This document shows, in pieces, positions 52,030-64,000 of a stretch of 64,000 nt of DNA; the first letter of the stretch is position 1, and each line of letters opens with the position of its first letter. This DNA is from Saccostrea cucullata (lineage: Eukaryota), in contig NW_026926108.1 of assembly GCF_032062105.1 (NCBI RefSeq), positions 124,001 to 188,000 on the forward strand. The letters run 5' to 3'. The position numbers were made by a program, and so were the translations under genes. The notes below the pieces were generated by a model. The model saw nothing but the letters and a program-made list of their open reading frames with translations, was not told the origin of the DNA and ran no database searches.

Positions 52030-53324
52030 GTCGAAACGGCGGAGTTTGTAACATTAATATTGAAAGTTAGATCGAACCACATGTTCTTGTCCATCAAATA
52101 ATAAATTTACAAGCCATATAGGGTTCAACTGACTTATAATTTTTTTGACACGAGTAACACTAACAACTTCTAACCACGTTAACAAACTGAAAGTAGAATA
52201 ATAGGATGTCGATCCCGATGTTTAAAAACTAATAAAACAAACACTCTGCAGTTCTCCGTAAAGAACTTTATTCGGTAATAACCAATATTTGCCCCCCAAA
52301 TCAAACTTTGATGGAGGTATATTTAATTAAGTTCTTAAACAGGGGAGTATATGCTGACTTCAAAGCACTGAATATTTTCATAAGAAATGACGTCATATGT
52401 ACGTAATGACGTCACAAAAATGACGTAAATATAAGATTTTTATGAATTTTACAGAAAAATGTACATATTTCGTCGATATTTTGAGTAAAAGTCACCGAGC
52501 GCATGTGTGTTAAGGATTAATATTTTGATATAATGTGTAGAATGATAATATCAATGAAATATGTCAATATTGTTCCTGAACAAACTTGCGCTCTCTATAT
52601 TTTAAAGCTAAAATTGCTGAGATTTTGTCCATTTTGTCCTCTTTCTGAAAAAGGATATAAAATCGGACTAGTTTGTGACGTCATTAAAACGAAAATTGTG
52701 AATACACTGCTTTGAAACTATAATAATTTCTGTTAATTTATATTTCTCATACAATTTATTGAATTCAGCACATTTCAGGAAGTTTTCAAAATTTGACTTT
52801 TGTGGGGCAAATATATGCAATATACCGCATATAGTTCTTTGCATATCTGTAATAATTTTTAAAAACCACTTATCCACTATATTTTATAGTTTGATTGAGG
52901 TATTTCATGAGCATTACATGTATTATTTTAATTTTTACTTCAATTCTGCGCGACACCATTCCAAACAATGTTCTGTTACAGGTATACAACCAAAAACGTT
53001 TCCCTTTTTGGATAAATATAAATTATGACGTACATCATGTAGATCTAAATGAACTGTATAGGAAATGTGATTAATAACAACATGAAAACAGCATATTTTA
53101 GTAAAACATCATTTAATGATGAAAATTTAGTCTTATGATATGAAGCTTATATCAAGCAAAAGCTAACTTTCATTATTATCAACAGGTATACATGCTTTCT
53201 TGGGAATTCAATGAACATTATGTTGTTTCAATGTTGGTCAGAATTGTCAATAAACTGCTGTAAGCCACTTTTTATTCACACACATACACACACAGATCAT
53301 GAGATGGATCAATGTCTGCTTAGA

Positions 53325-56300
53325 TCATTCACACATGGTATGTACGGCTAAAACAGAAGGTGCTTGTTTGTCAACTCCAAACTTTTTCCCATTTACAACG
53401 AGCACCAATGGCGAGTTAACACGAATGCTGCTGAATTCAAACTTCTGAAAGAGAAATAAATACTTTATTATGTAAAATGAGAATATATTTATCATGAATT
53501 GCTTGTCTTTAACACATACATATACATAGTATTCTAATATGATCCAGTGATCCAGATAAGATGTTGACTTTATTACACTTGACTGACCTGATTTTTGTGG
53601 TTGACCTTGACATCTTGAAGGTAGGGTTCAGGGATAGCCACACTGTCACCAATTTTCACCCCACACCCCTGGGCCATGTTGTACACTGTGACTGGTAGGC
53701 AGGTCTCCTCTTCATCCACCATACAAAACGAGCTGTAAAACAATTGGACATTCAAAATCTTTATCAGTATTGTACCGTACATACAAAATGAGCTGTAAAA
53801 ATCAGACAATCCAAATCTTTGACAATATTGTAGGTATTTTAATCTGATTTATTATTCTGATGATTTTTCCCTATATATAATTTAGATTGTTAAATGTTGG
53901 TTATTCCCTAAAATCACTGTGATTCAACTGATCCCTGTGCATCAAATGAGCCAATCCCTGCTTTGGAAGCTAATTCCCAGTTATCTGTGATCCTCTAGAT
54001 TTTACTTGAGTAGCAGTGTGTAACAATCACTATTGCACTTGTGTATGTGATTTGTATTTCCCATGTTTTGTCCCTATGCCTATTTTACCCATAAGTCCTT
54101 GCACGATAGCTAAGCCCACCAGAACAATTGAGGCCTGGTCATTCCCGGCAGAGAAGCGTAGCTGCAGACACGTTTTTCCAAGCAGCTAGTATATGTTAAT
54201 AGCCATACAAGCTTTATCTTGACACTGGCACGGAGACAGGTCCGTGGTAAGTATTACTTATGATATTATGATATTATTTGCTTTGTATATAGTTTTTATT
54301 TTAAAGGCAAATTTATTATTGAGTACAACTTCGTTCTTATTTCTTAACTTGGCCAGCTCTCACCATTTTACCTGTTGTCCACTCAGGTGTGACGGTTAGC
54401 GAGAGTGTTCGAGTGGCTGTTGTATTATTTCGATAACGTTTAAAGTTCTTACTGTTAAATGTACGCTATTTTCTTGTACTCAGTTTTGTTACTTTGTGTA
54501 GAATATTTTGTCCATTTAAATTTTGGTTTAAATGTCTGGGCGGAAGTGAATGACCGGAAGTTGAAAGTAAGGTGCGCCATATTGGCAATAATTTGTTTTG
54601 ACTTTTGTTAACTGGTAACCATTATACTTAATACTTTTTTGATTATTTTATATTGAGAATGAATGGCCAAACATACATAGTGGTATTGCCAAACATATGT
54701 AGTGAAATATGTGACTTATTAGTATGCATCATTGTAGCGTCAGGGATATTGGTACTGGATATTGGGTACATGCACTAAGCTAAGGGGATCATTTGATCAT
54801 GGTGACACAGCGAAAGGTTTCAGGACTAAAGCCCGGAAGGATGCTGTGTGTGTGATCAAGACTCGCTGACTGTGGACAGACACAGATAAGTCAAACCATG
54901 TAATGTTGTGATAGTTCGTTAGATGAACACTAGTGGCAAACCTGACATGGTTTTATTTATATGATGATCATCATGATGATGGTGATGATGAGGATGAGGA
55001 TCGATGATACGGATACGATCACTACATTGGGAAACATTTGGCATTAATTGATTGAAACATTCATTCATTGATAACTGAGATATATACCCGGGGTAGATTG
55101 TTAATTGGATAACTGGTTACTAAGTGAATTGGTTTTTTTTTTTTGTTAACTGTTTAATAGTGAGTAAGAGGTGTGGATCAGAGTGCGGTAGATTGTGTGA
55201 GGTCTTTGTTAATTTTTTTTCTTGTAAATAAATTTATTAAACTTAGTTGAACTTGTGTGATTTTTTGGAGATAGCCAGCTTGACCACGTGACACAGTGTA
55301 ATATGTTAATGGACTAATCCTTTTGTGTTAGTCAAGAGAGCAAATCCTCGCTTTCAGAGCTAATTTCAAGTTATTCGTAATCCTCTATTTTTTTAAATTT
55401 ACTTTTGTATCGGTGTAATAAAACATTTAGAAGTATATCATTAAGGGAGTTAGAAAGATTCCAGTTCCCCTTGACCAGGACTATTTCCCTTCGCCTCGGG
55501 AAATAATTCTGGCCCCGGGGAACTGGAATCCTTCCAACTCCCTCAATGATATACTTTAACTCTATAATACATCCTGTGCTGATAAAGAATATGCATGAAT
55601 GAAATTTTTGAGAATGAATATCTCATGTTATTATGCAAAAATAAAGTTCTTACATATGAAAAGTGATATAAAATATTTCGTATCCGATATTTATTGAAAT
55701 ATTAAGGTTTCTTACAATGGCACCGGTTGACTGGTGGTTATGGTACAAACGACCTTGCCCAGGATGACTTTGTTCTGGTTGACCTCTGGCTTCAGGTCAC
55801 TGAATTTACACTTGACTAAATCCACCGATTTCCCAAGAGGGCTGGTGTAGGTTCCTCCTCCATAAGGTCCAAGGTCAGAGGGTTTTATGCTCTCGATCAT
55901 AGACTGAAGCTTTTTTGGCTTAATCTTCCCCTAAAAATAAAGATTTCTCAGGATAAGTTATTAGACAAAAAACTTTTACACAGAACATAAATAAATTTAC
56001 TTTTATATATCAAGTCTTTCCCAACCATTTGAACTAAACATTGCACAAACACATTTAAATAGTAATTTTAACTGATAGATGCTTCTCATTATTTAATTTC
56101 TATTCCAAAATGTTATTTATTTAAAATACATCTTATATCAATCACTCAAAATATAAGAAAGATATTTGTAAATCAGTTAATGCCCTTGAATAAATAACCA
56201 AAAGAAGCATTTTAAGGGCAATAACTCCAACTCATTACATATAAGTCATTCAAGTTCAGTCAATACAGCGTAAGTTGGACAGAACTTTACCTTGGATTGT

Positions 56301-57246
56301 GTCAGTTCTCTGACGTTGGAGAGGAAAGTCAAGAGGTGTGACTCGTGAGTCTGGGGGTCAGGCCAGCTGGGGTCTAACTGAGAGGCCCGGGAAAATCCCG
56401 ACAAAGCAGCCGTGTAATTCTCCTCGTATTTGTAAGCCTACAACATCACAACAATCAAAGTATGATAGCATATTGATAACAAGAGGCCCATGGGCCTTAT
56501 AGGTCACCTGAGTATCGTGTAACAACTTTCAAACAAATAACTTTGGTTCGTGTTTTAAACAAGAGGCCATGAAATTTACAATTCATAATTTTGAAAGAGG
56601 CACCATTGCTTATCATAATTATAAACTTAGCATGCTTACTCTATTAATTAATACCCAGAGGTTGATCAGAGTAACAAAAAGAAAATGCACTTCCACTTTA
56701 TAACCAGTTTTGCACCTCATCCCAAAGGAACCACGGACCCTGGGGCCATATATTTCATAATTTTGCAAATTTTATTTTCAGACTATGTAACCCCCGCCCC
56801 GACCCAGGGATGGGGGGGGGCATAAAAAATAACCATTTTGCTAGACGCACCTTTCTTCATCATAAATATATATACTTGGATCATTGGCATAAAACCCAGG
56901 AGCAAAGGAAAAGATTTTCAAAGAAATAATGCATTTTCACTATGTAATCTATATAGCCCCTCCCTAGCATTAGAACCCCTGACCCTGGGGCCATAAAATT
57001 CACAATTTTGGAAGAGGCACTCTTGCTCATCATAACTATGTGCTTAGTTAGTTAATTTAATACCCAGAAGCGGAGAAGAAGATTTTCAAAGAATAAATGC
57101 ATTTTCACTATATAATCAATAGAGCCCCGTCTAAACACCAGAACCCCTGACCCTGGGGCCATAAAATTCACAGTTTTGGAAGAGGCACTCTTGCTCATCA
57201 TAACTATGTACTAAGTTAGTTTATTTAATACCCAGGAGCAGAGGAA

Positions 57247-57277
<31 letters not shown>

Positions 57278-59760
57278 GTATAATCTATATAGCCCCGCCC
57301 TAGCACTAGAACCCCTGACCCTGGGGCCATGAATTTCACAATTTTGGTAGAGGACTCCATGCTCAATACATTCATGCCAACAGTTTTGCCTGCTTGATGT
57401 CCAAGAGTAAAGGAGAAGATTTTTAAAGATTGCAATAATTTTAGTGGTTTTGGCACCACCCCCCAGGCCCCAGGGGGGCAGGGACCATGAAATTCATATA
57501 TTATGTTCCCCTTCACCCATAGATACTGTATACCAAATTTGGTTGAAATTGGTTCAGTGGTTTCAGAGAAGAAGCTGAAAATGTTCAAATGTTAACACAC
57601 GACGGACGAAAACAGATAGCAATAGGTCACCTGAGTTACTAAGGTGACCTAAAAAGAGCACTACTGAGCATTAATGCACATAGTAAATCATTTCTAACAA
57701 AGGGTCAGGTATAATTATATGCAATGTCTAACAACTATAATTTTACCAAAGATTTAATGTAGATTTATATTATGATTATTTTTTCCAAGCAAATTACATA
57801 TTTGATATAAACCCACCACTGCTCTGTTAAAATGTAGGTCAGAATTGTCTCTCGCCACTGGATCTTTCTCCTGTAAAATAAATAAAACCAACTGAAAGTG
57901 AAAGTCATTCTGATTCAGAATCAGCTGCAACCGTACTTACAATTCTATGAACTTATGTTAAAAACATCTACTCAAATTAAGGAAATCTCAAAATCTTTCT
58001 GAGATGTTGTATATATTTCTTCAACTTTTAACAGCTTTTGTTGAGAATAAATTATTTTCTTTTCCTATGAAAATATACTAAATGTAATTCCTGCATTGTC
58101 TGTATTATACTCACTGCTTGTGCGTAAGCCTTCATACTCTGATCCAGAGCTTGTGATGCCTGACCAACAGCAAAGAACAGGGACATATAGGCATTACCCA
58201 AAATCACTGTGAAAAAAGAAACAAAACTCCTTGGTCAATATAATTACACTGACATAAGTACACATACAAAGCTTAGCTCTACAAACATTATTTAGAATAA
58301 AAATTCTCACACCAAATGAACGTTTTTGTTGTGTCACTGTGCATTATTTATACCAATATTTTTTTTTAAATATGATACAGTATATTTTATGCTTCATTCT
58401 ATCAATATATTTGATGGAATAAAGTGGTTTCAGCATTATCTATCTTAAATACGTACACCATGAGCTGCCATCCTGTATGTCCAGCTGTACAGCTTCTTTA
58501 GCTTTCTCCACACTCTCCTCTACAAGTTTAGCTCGCTCTGATGGGTTACCACCAATTTGCCGCAACACCATAGACAAATTACGTAAAGATATTTTGTTCT
58601 TTGCCTGGAAAAAAAAATAGTAAAGTCAATATTCATAACAAAGTAATATTAAAAAAATTATATGCTTCCATAGAAATTATTCTGCATATTTCTTTTCCTT
58701 TTTTTTTTTTTTGCAATGTTCTTACATGATTTAAGGCCCCTGTAAAGCAGTTTTTGGCTAAAGGAACATCGCCTTTCTTCCAGTAGTTTTCTCCGAGCTG
58801 GTTCCATGCCTCCACAAGCTTGGGATCAAGCTTGACAGCTTTGGACAGATTTTCCTCAGCCTCGGGACTATGAGTTGGTAGGACATTAAGTGTCTTACCC
58901 TGTAACATGTAAAACACTGCCTTGTCCTTGATGTTGTCTGAAATAAATGGGAAAGTAAATAATTTATGGTGTTAACGACAATGTTTTTCTAAGCAAATTA
59001 CTTTTTAAAGCTTTTTAAAGTTTAAGATCTTAATACCTTGAGATCTTTCCTAAGATTGGGTTGACATTTGTAATTTTGTTCCCTCAGAAGTGAGATATTT
59101 GCATGTTTCATTGCAAACTCTTTGAAAGTATCATAAAAGGGAACCAGGGACAAAACATCATTATGAGAATATGACAATGAACTGACAACCTTTATGAGTT
59201 TCTAAAGTTTTCAGAGTTTCTTTCATGAGCTTGCTGACTTCCTCTGTCTTTTGAGCTGCCTTCTCAATCCCATGATTCTCCACAAAATGATCTCGAAAAC
59301 TGTACAGGTCATCCACTGCTTTCTGTGAAAGTCAATCATAAAGTTATAATTACTAAATGTGTTTCTTCTAAAACTTTATGATGACTTATTATATATTTTC
59401 CTCTCTTAATGAGTTCCTCAAATTGTCACAGATGCATTTTAATCAATAATATGCAAGTTCTTATAAAGTGTGCCATGTAGGAATGGTTTCACGTAATTAA
59501 AAAAATTAATTCTCCAGATTTCTCAAAGTTATCAATAAATTGAGTCACAAATATATTTCATATATATCTAAATGCATGTACTTTACACAATTTAAATCGT
59601 TCTGTAGCATGTTTTGATTGCAAACTTGTTAAACTAAAGAAAAATAACAGTTTGACAAAATATCAGATGTTGAAGGAAAAAAAGTTTCAGATGTAGGATT
59701 TTGTAGATGTTGTCATTATGATTTGAGTGCCATTACCATGATAATGTCTAAGCTCGTCAT
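53325..59760 (-). CDS. TTC5: Tetratricopeptide repeat protein 5 (TPR plus C-terminal OB fold). Exons 59737-59760, 59190-59322, 58726-58937, 58457-58604, 58115-58206, 57817-57870, 56291-56437, 55716-55930, 53588-53732, 53325-53444
   Basis: [72 protein letters not shown] and [15 protein letters not shown]. Phases are consistent; the 24-nt first exon is less certain. Confidence 0.93.
54019..55293 (+). mobile_element. Solo LTR (1275 bp) in a TTC5 intron, probably antisense to the gene
   Basis: TGTAAC...GTGACA termini; 5-bp TSD CAGTG at 54014-54018 and 55294-55298; AATAAA near 55226; no internal ORF. Confidence 0.8.
55431..55556. repeat. Palindromic mini-element
   Basis: AAGTATATCATTAAGGGAGTTAGAAAGATTCCAGTTCCCC / GGGGAACTGGAATCCTTCCAACTCCCTCAATGATATACTT. 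Confidence 0.75.
56478..57655 (-). mobile_element. HINE-like element with ~168-bp units (family of 15289-17200)
   Basis: Same termini and unit sequence, with fewer units. Confidence 0.8.
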
Positions 59761-60088
59761 TTTGCTGGGTATTCCTGATTTTCTAAACCCAGGTACCGTG
59801 TTTCTGTCATAACTTGTTTACCATTCTGAAAGAGTAACCAGGCATGAGCAAGTTTTGATGAACTGAATTAATTGAATATCGAACCCGATGAAGATAGAAA
59901 ATTACTATATTGATAATTTATTATTCATTCCGAATAAATAAGTGATCTATTTAACCCATGATGAAACAATTTTATGAATAAAATTGTTTAAATCAAATTT
60001 ATCTAAAATAGAAAGAAATTTTGGTTATCGTTTTTACGGATTTGAAGCCCATGTTCGACTCGTATACAATTTTTAATGTTTTGAAAAC
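59761..60088. promoter_or_regulatory. Probable bidirectional promoter between TTC5 and CEP72
   Basis: Divergent start codons ~330 bp apart. YY1-type AAACATGGCG overlaps the CEP72 ATG. Confidence 0.6.
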
Positions 60089-63000
60089 ATGGCGCTCACA
60101 TTGTCAGAAGAAGTCATTCGAAATCGTGTGAATCTACAACACGACAATTTAGGTGAGGATAATGCAGTTTTTAAAATGTAAACACACCTTAAATTGCTAG
60201 CTTTACATATTTTTACTAAACTTGCAGCTGTGTATGCATTGTTTTAAAAGCATGTGTAACAGAACTATGCCGGGTCTCTGTCAACACCCATGTTTTATAA
60301 AAGATTTCGTTTTTGAACACTTTTTAAATAAAAGTATGTAATGTTTTTGTCTAACAATAACTTTTGTGATATATGCATATCGTTACTGAATTAAATTCTG
60401 ATTGCCATTCATTGATTCAAATTTGGAAGTGGGCGTGTCGAAACATGTTCGGCGGTGGTCAACATTCTTATTATTGGAACATAGCATTGGTTCTTATCAG
60501 ATCTTGTAAATAACAGGTGATTGTTTTCCACTTCAAAATGTTAAATTAGAGATGCATGAGAATGGATGGCATTTAAAATATCATCAAACTACCAATAAAC
60601 TTATAAAAAGTACTTCTGACATTTAATGCTGTACTTTAATCCTGTAAAAGGGTTTAAATTATTGCCTTGTTCAAATGTACATACATCTGAGGCCTGAGAA
60701 AAAAATATTCAAGACTAATACTTGATTGACCCTAATTATTTGGCATTTGTAATAATCGAACCCATTTCTTTCTTGGCCTGATATGTTAAATATACATGAT
60801 ATATGAAATGCATTTACATTACCTTAAAAAAAATCATACATTTACATATTAAAAAGGTGAAATAAAATTTAAAATTGGCTCCTAACAAGAGAAATTGAAG
60901 ACATTTTATTTGTTAAAATAATATGTTTTACGGTGTGACCGTTCGGGCGAGTGCAGTTATGTACTATCATAAACCTACACATGTACACATGGTACATGCA
61001 CTGCCTATCATTCAAGAAAAAGAAGAAAACTAAACAATAAAAAGAAATCACTTCCCAAGCATACTTCCGAACTTTCAGGAGTTTTACAAAATTGGAAATA
61101 CCCGAACCATTTAAGTGACGAAAGTATGACGTTAAAAAGTCCTGTTGTCTTAGGACGCAAACGATAGTTTTGTGGCATGGAGATTGCATTAAATCATTGT
61201 TTGTAATTTTTAAAGTAAGTTGTTGCTATGTTTTAGCCACCACGTTGCTATGCACCGCAAAGGATTATTGGGAGTTTGGAATTTTTTCACGCGGTGAGAT
61301 AAAAATTTCTTGGAACAATGTGCAGATTTCAACCTGAATTTCCTCTGTTCGTACACGTTAGTCTATTGAGCTCGCTATGCGAGCGGCGCTTCGCGCCGCC
61401 TCGCTGCGCTCGCTAATATACATTTATATATACTGCATGCACTCTAAACATGTAGAAAAAGTTCTTATTATGATTCTACATTTTGATTCACCTGAAATAT
61501 TTCAGAGGATGTCAAAGCTTTATCACTACCAGGGACCTATCATGAGAAGGTCGTTTGTCTGGGAAATTCTCTTCGGAAGTTTTCCAGATTAAAGTCACTA
61601 GATCTCTCAAGGAATTCCATAGCTAGTCTACAGGTAAGATTCTTTTGGATCATCTCAGTGAACTGGGACTTATGTGGTACCCACAGCACCTGTGTCCCAG
61701 GTTAATATATAGGTTCTAAAGTGGAGCACTTGGCAGACTCCTCTTTAAGTACTTAAATATTAATAAAAGATGTATGGATGATGTTAATAGTGTGTTTGTA
61801 CTGAAAATTGGTGCCAAATGCTGTATTTTCAATCAAAGAACATGCAGGGTAATGTTTTCAGATCAGATTATCATTTTCAAGTAACTATAAGCTCTTTGTT
61901 AACCAAACTTGCATTGATGATACATCTAAGGATGCACACTACCAGTCAGTATCAGCTGGACCTGACCTACATTTTACACATGAGTGATCAGGTCAAAGAT
62001 TCCGAGCATGTTAATTCTAATTAGATATAAGTCCTTTGCAGACCAAACTCACACAGATGATACTGACATACTTTGATGCACTCAACTAGATCAGTTTTGA
62101 ACACTGGTTTTGATCTACATTTTCAAGATAAATGACCAGATTAATGTTTTGGAGCAGTTCCACTTCCAACAAAATACAAGACATAAATGACCAAACTTGT
62201 GTGGATGATACATCAAGGGATGCACACTTCCTTACTTGCTAGAGGAGACTTGCATGATTGATTCATCCAGGGATGCACACTATTGCTCTTGTTTCAGATG
62301 TTGGATCTGACCTACCTTTTCAAGATGAGTGACAAATTAAGATTTTTGAGCAGGTCCATTTCCAAGAAAATGCAAGCCCTGTGTGGACCAAACTTGCATA
62401 CCAGTAAATGTTGCATCTAAAGATGCACACTACTAGATCTGTTTAGTTGGGACTTTTCCTTACTTAAAGATAACATTCAATGAGTCATGCTATGTTATAT
62501 TCAATCAATGAGTTGGGCTATGTTATATTCAATGAGTCATGCTATGTTATATTCAATGAGTCATGCTATATTATATTCAATGAGTCATACTATGTTATAT
62601 TCAATGAGTCATGCTATGTTATATTCAAAGAGTCATGCTATGTTATATTCAATGAGTCATTCTATGTTATATTCAATGAGTCGTGCTATGTTATATTCAA
62701 AGAGTCATGCTATGTTATATCCAATGAGTTGGGCTATGTTATATTCAACAAGTTGGGCTATGTTATAGTTGATTGCCTTTGTTCTACATCTAGTTTAAAA
62801 TAAAAATTATTTGCATCTTATTCATTCAAGAAATTTTAGAAGAAATGATAAAGGTATTTATGATTCAAGAAAAAATGTTTTGAAATATGAAATGAAATGT
62901 TACTCACCAATATAATTTGAAAATGTCTTTTTGATGTCTCAGAATGTTATATTTGCAGGGTCTGGAACATTTAAAGTTGCTGGAGAAGCTCAATCTGTAT

Positions 63001-64000
63001 CTTTTTTCTTAGTTTTATTCAAACTTAGCTTTAATAGGTAATTTGCATAATTGCAAAGAAAACTAGTATACAAGCACCTACATGTACATGTCATTCCTCA
63101 TCACACAATCCTTAATGAGTTAAGATATTACAACAATATAGAGACAATGGATGAGTTGAAGAAATTGCGATTTAACACGAGTCTGAAGGATCTAGATCTG
63201 CGACTGAACCCCATCACCCGCACAGAACCGGACTACAGACTCTACATGATTCACATGCTGCCAAACTTACAAAAACTGGGTAAGATGTTTTAGTGTGATA
63301 ATTTACTTACCGGTAATAATACTGGATAATGTCTACAACACATCAGGCATTTTACTTATATCATATTCCATGTCAAGAGCAAAAATATTGTTATTTGGAA
63401 TTTTTTTCAGAAAGAGTAAATCTATTTGATTAAAATCTGTGATCACTTTTCTGTTATTGTTGAAAAGATAGCAGATAATTCTGACTTACATTAAAATACA
63501 CATATAGTTAAATGTAGTGGTTTAGTGGACCTATATTAATTATTATTATTCAATGACATTCAAGTTTCAACTTAGCAAAGTTAAAAGATATGTCAATGAA
63601 TCATATTTTGAAAAAAAAAAATGATATGAAAATGCATTTGAATCATCTTTCAAAACATTATTTATCAAAAAAAAAACTACAATAAATTTTTGACCCAAAA
63701 TTTTTTTTAAGTCTTTTAATTTCATATTCATCCTAAACAATATACAGGGCCAATGAAGTAAATTAAATGAATTCAGTTATGTATATAGCACCTGTTTATT
63801 TTTTTTTTGGATAAATTCTTGTAAGTTCATTTTCTGTTGTTGTGCTTCAGATGACAGAGGCGTGAGGGACAGAGAAAGACAGGCCGCCCTGGTCCACTTC
63901 AGTTCTAGTCAGGCTACAGAGATGACCCATCACCCCCGCCAAGAGGAGCCTGAACAGAGAGCACCCAACCCACGGGCAGAGATGGTCAGGGGGGTCGGCA
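60089..64000 (+). CDS. CEP72: Centrosomal protein CEP72 (CEP72/LRRC36 family), 5' part. Exons 60089-60152, 61506-61633, 62959-62996, 63125-63279, 63851->64000 (continues past window)
   Basis: [78 protein letters not shown] (LRR plus LRRcap). Confidence 0.9.
61790..62785 (+). mobile_element. Degenerate copy of the 147-bp HINE family whose 3' subterminal region is amplified as a 24-bp array (62475-62767, ~12 units)
   Basis: CCAAACTTGCAT.GATGATACATCTAAGGATGCAC units; ACTTAAAGA(T/C)AACATTC matches 9303-9319; array unit ATTCAATGAGTCATGCTATGTTAT. Confidence 0.75.
62997..63124 (+). other. U12-type GT-AG intron in CEP72
   Basis: 5' splice site GTATCTTTT; branch site TCCTTAAT at 63109-63116, then GAGTTAAG; joins CT|A TAT TAC (LNLYYN). 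Confidence 0.8.

Noticed and set aside
62480-62803. ORFs (SCYVIFNE)n and (MSHAMLYS)n
   Set aside because: Translations of the intronic 24-bp array.

Overview
AT-rich eukaryotic genomic DNA. The repeat landscape suggests a bivalve, probably an oyster; this is inference. By reading splice sites and intron phases I reconstructed six intron-containing genes: a ~225-aa Pro/Tyr/Gly/Ser-rich protein (+), the P4-ATPase flippase ATP9B (-), an uncharacterised 277-aa protein with a divergent CAP-Gly domain (+), AIRIM/C1orf109 (-), TTC5 (-) and the 5' part of CEP72 (+). ATP9B/CAP-Gly and TTC5/CEP72 are head-to-head pairs. Introns are full of non-autonomous mobile DNA: Helentron-type (HINE-like) elements with 147-bp and 168-bp arrays, nested MITEs, a Kolobok-like element, a solo LTR, and a Transib-like CAC..GTG element with ~500-bp TIRs and a 5-bp TSD. 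The most striking pattern is seven independent tandem duplications or minisatellites whose unit is an exon-intron junction (splice site plus exon edge), amplified into the intron as decoy splice sites. At one of them the essential DGET-encoding part of ATP9B is missing or garbled. Also seen: two U12-type introns, a tRNA-Pro-like sequence with a CAA anticodon carried inside a transposon, an AP-1 motif array grown from a transposon end, and chained AUGA-overlapping uORFs upstream of TTC5.
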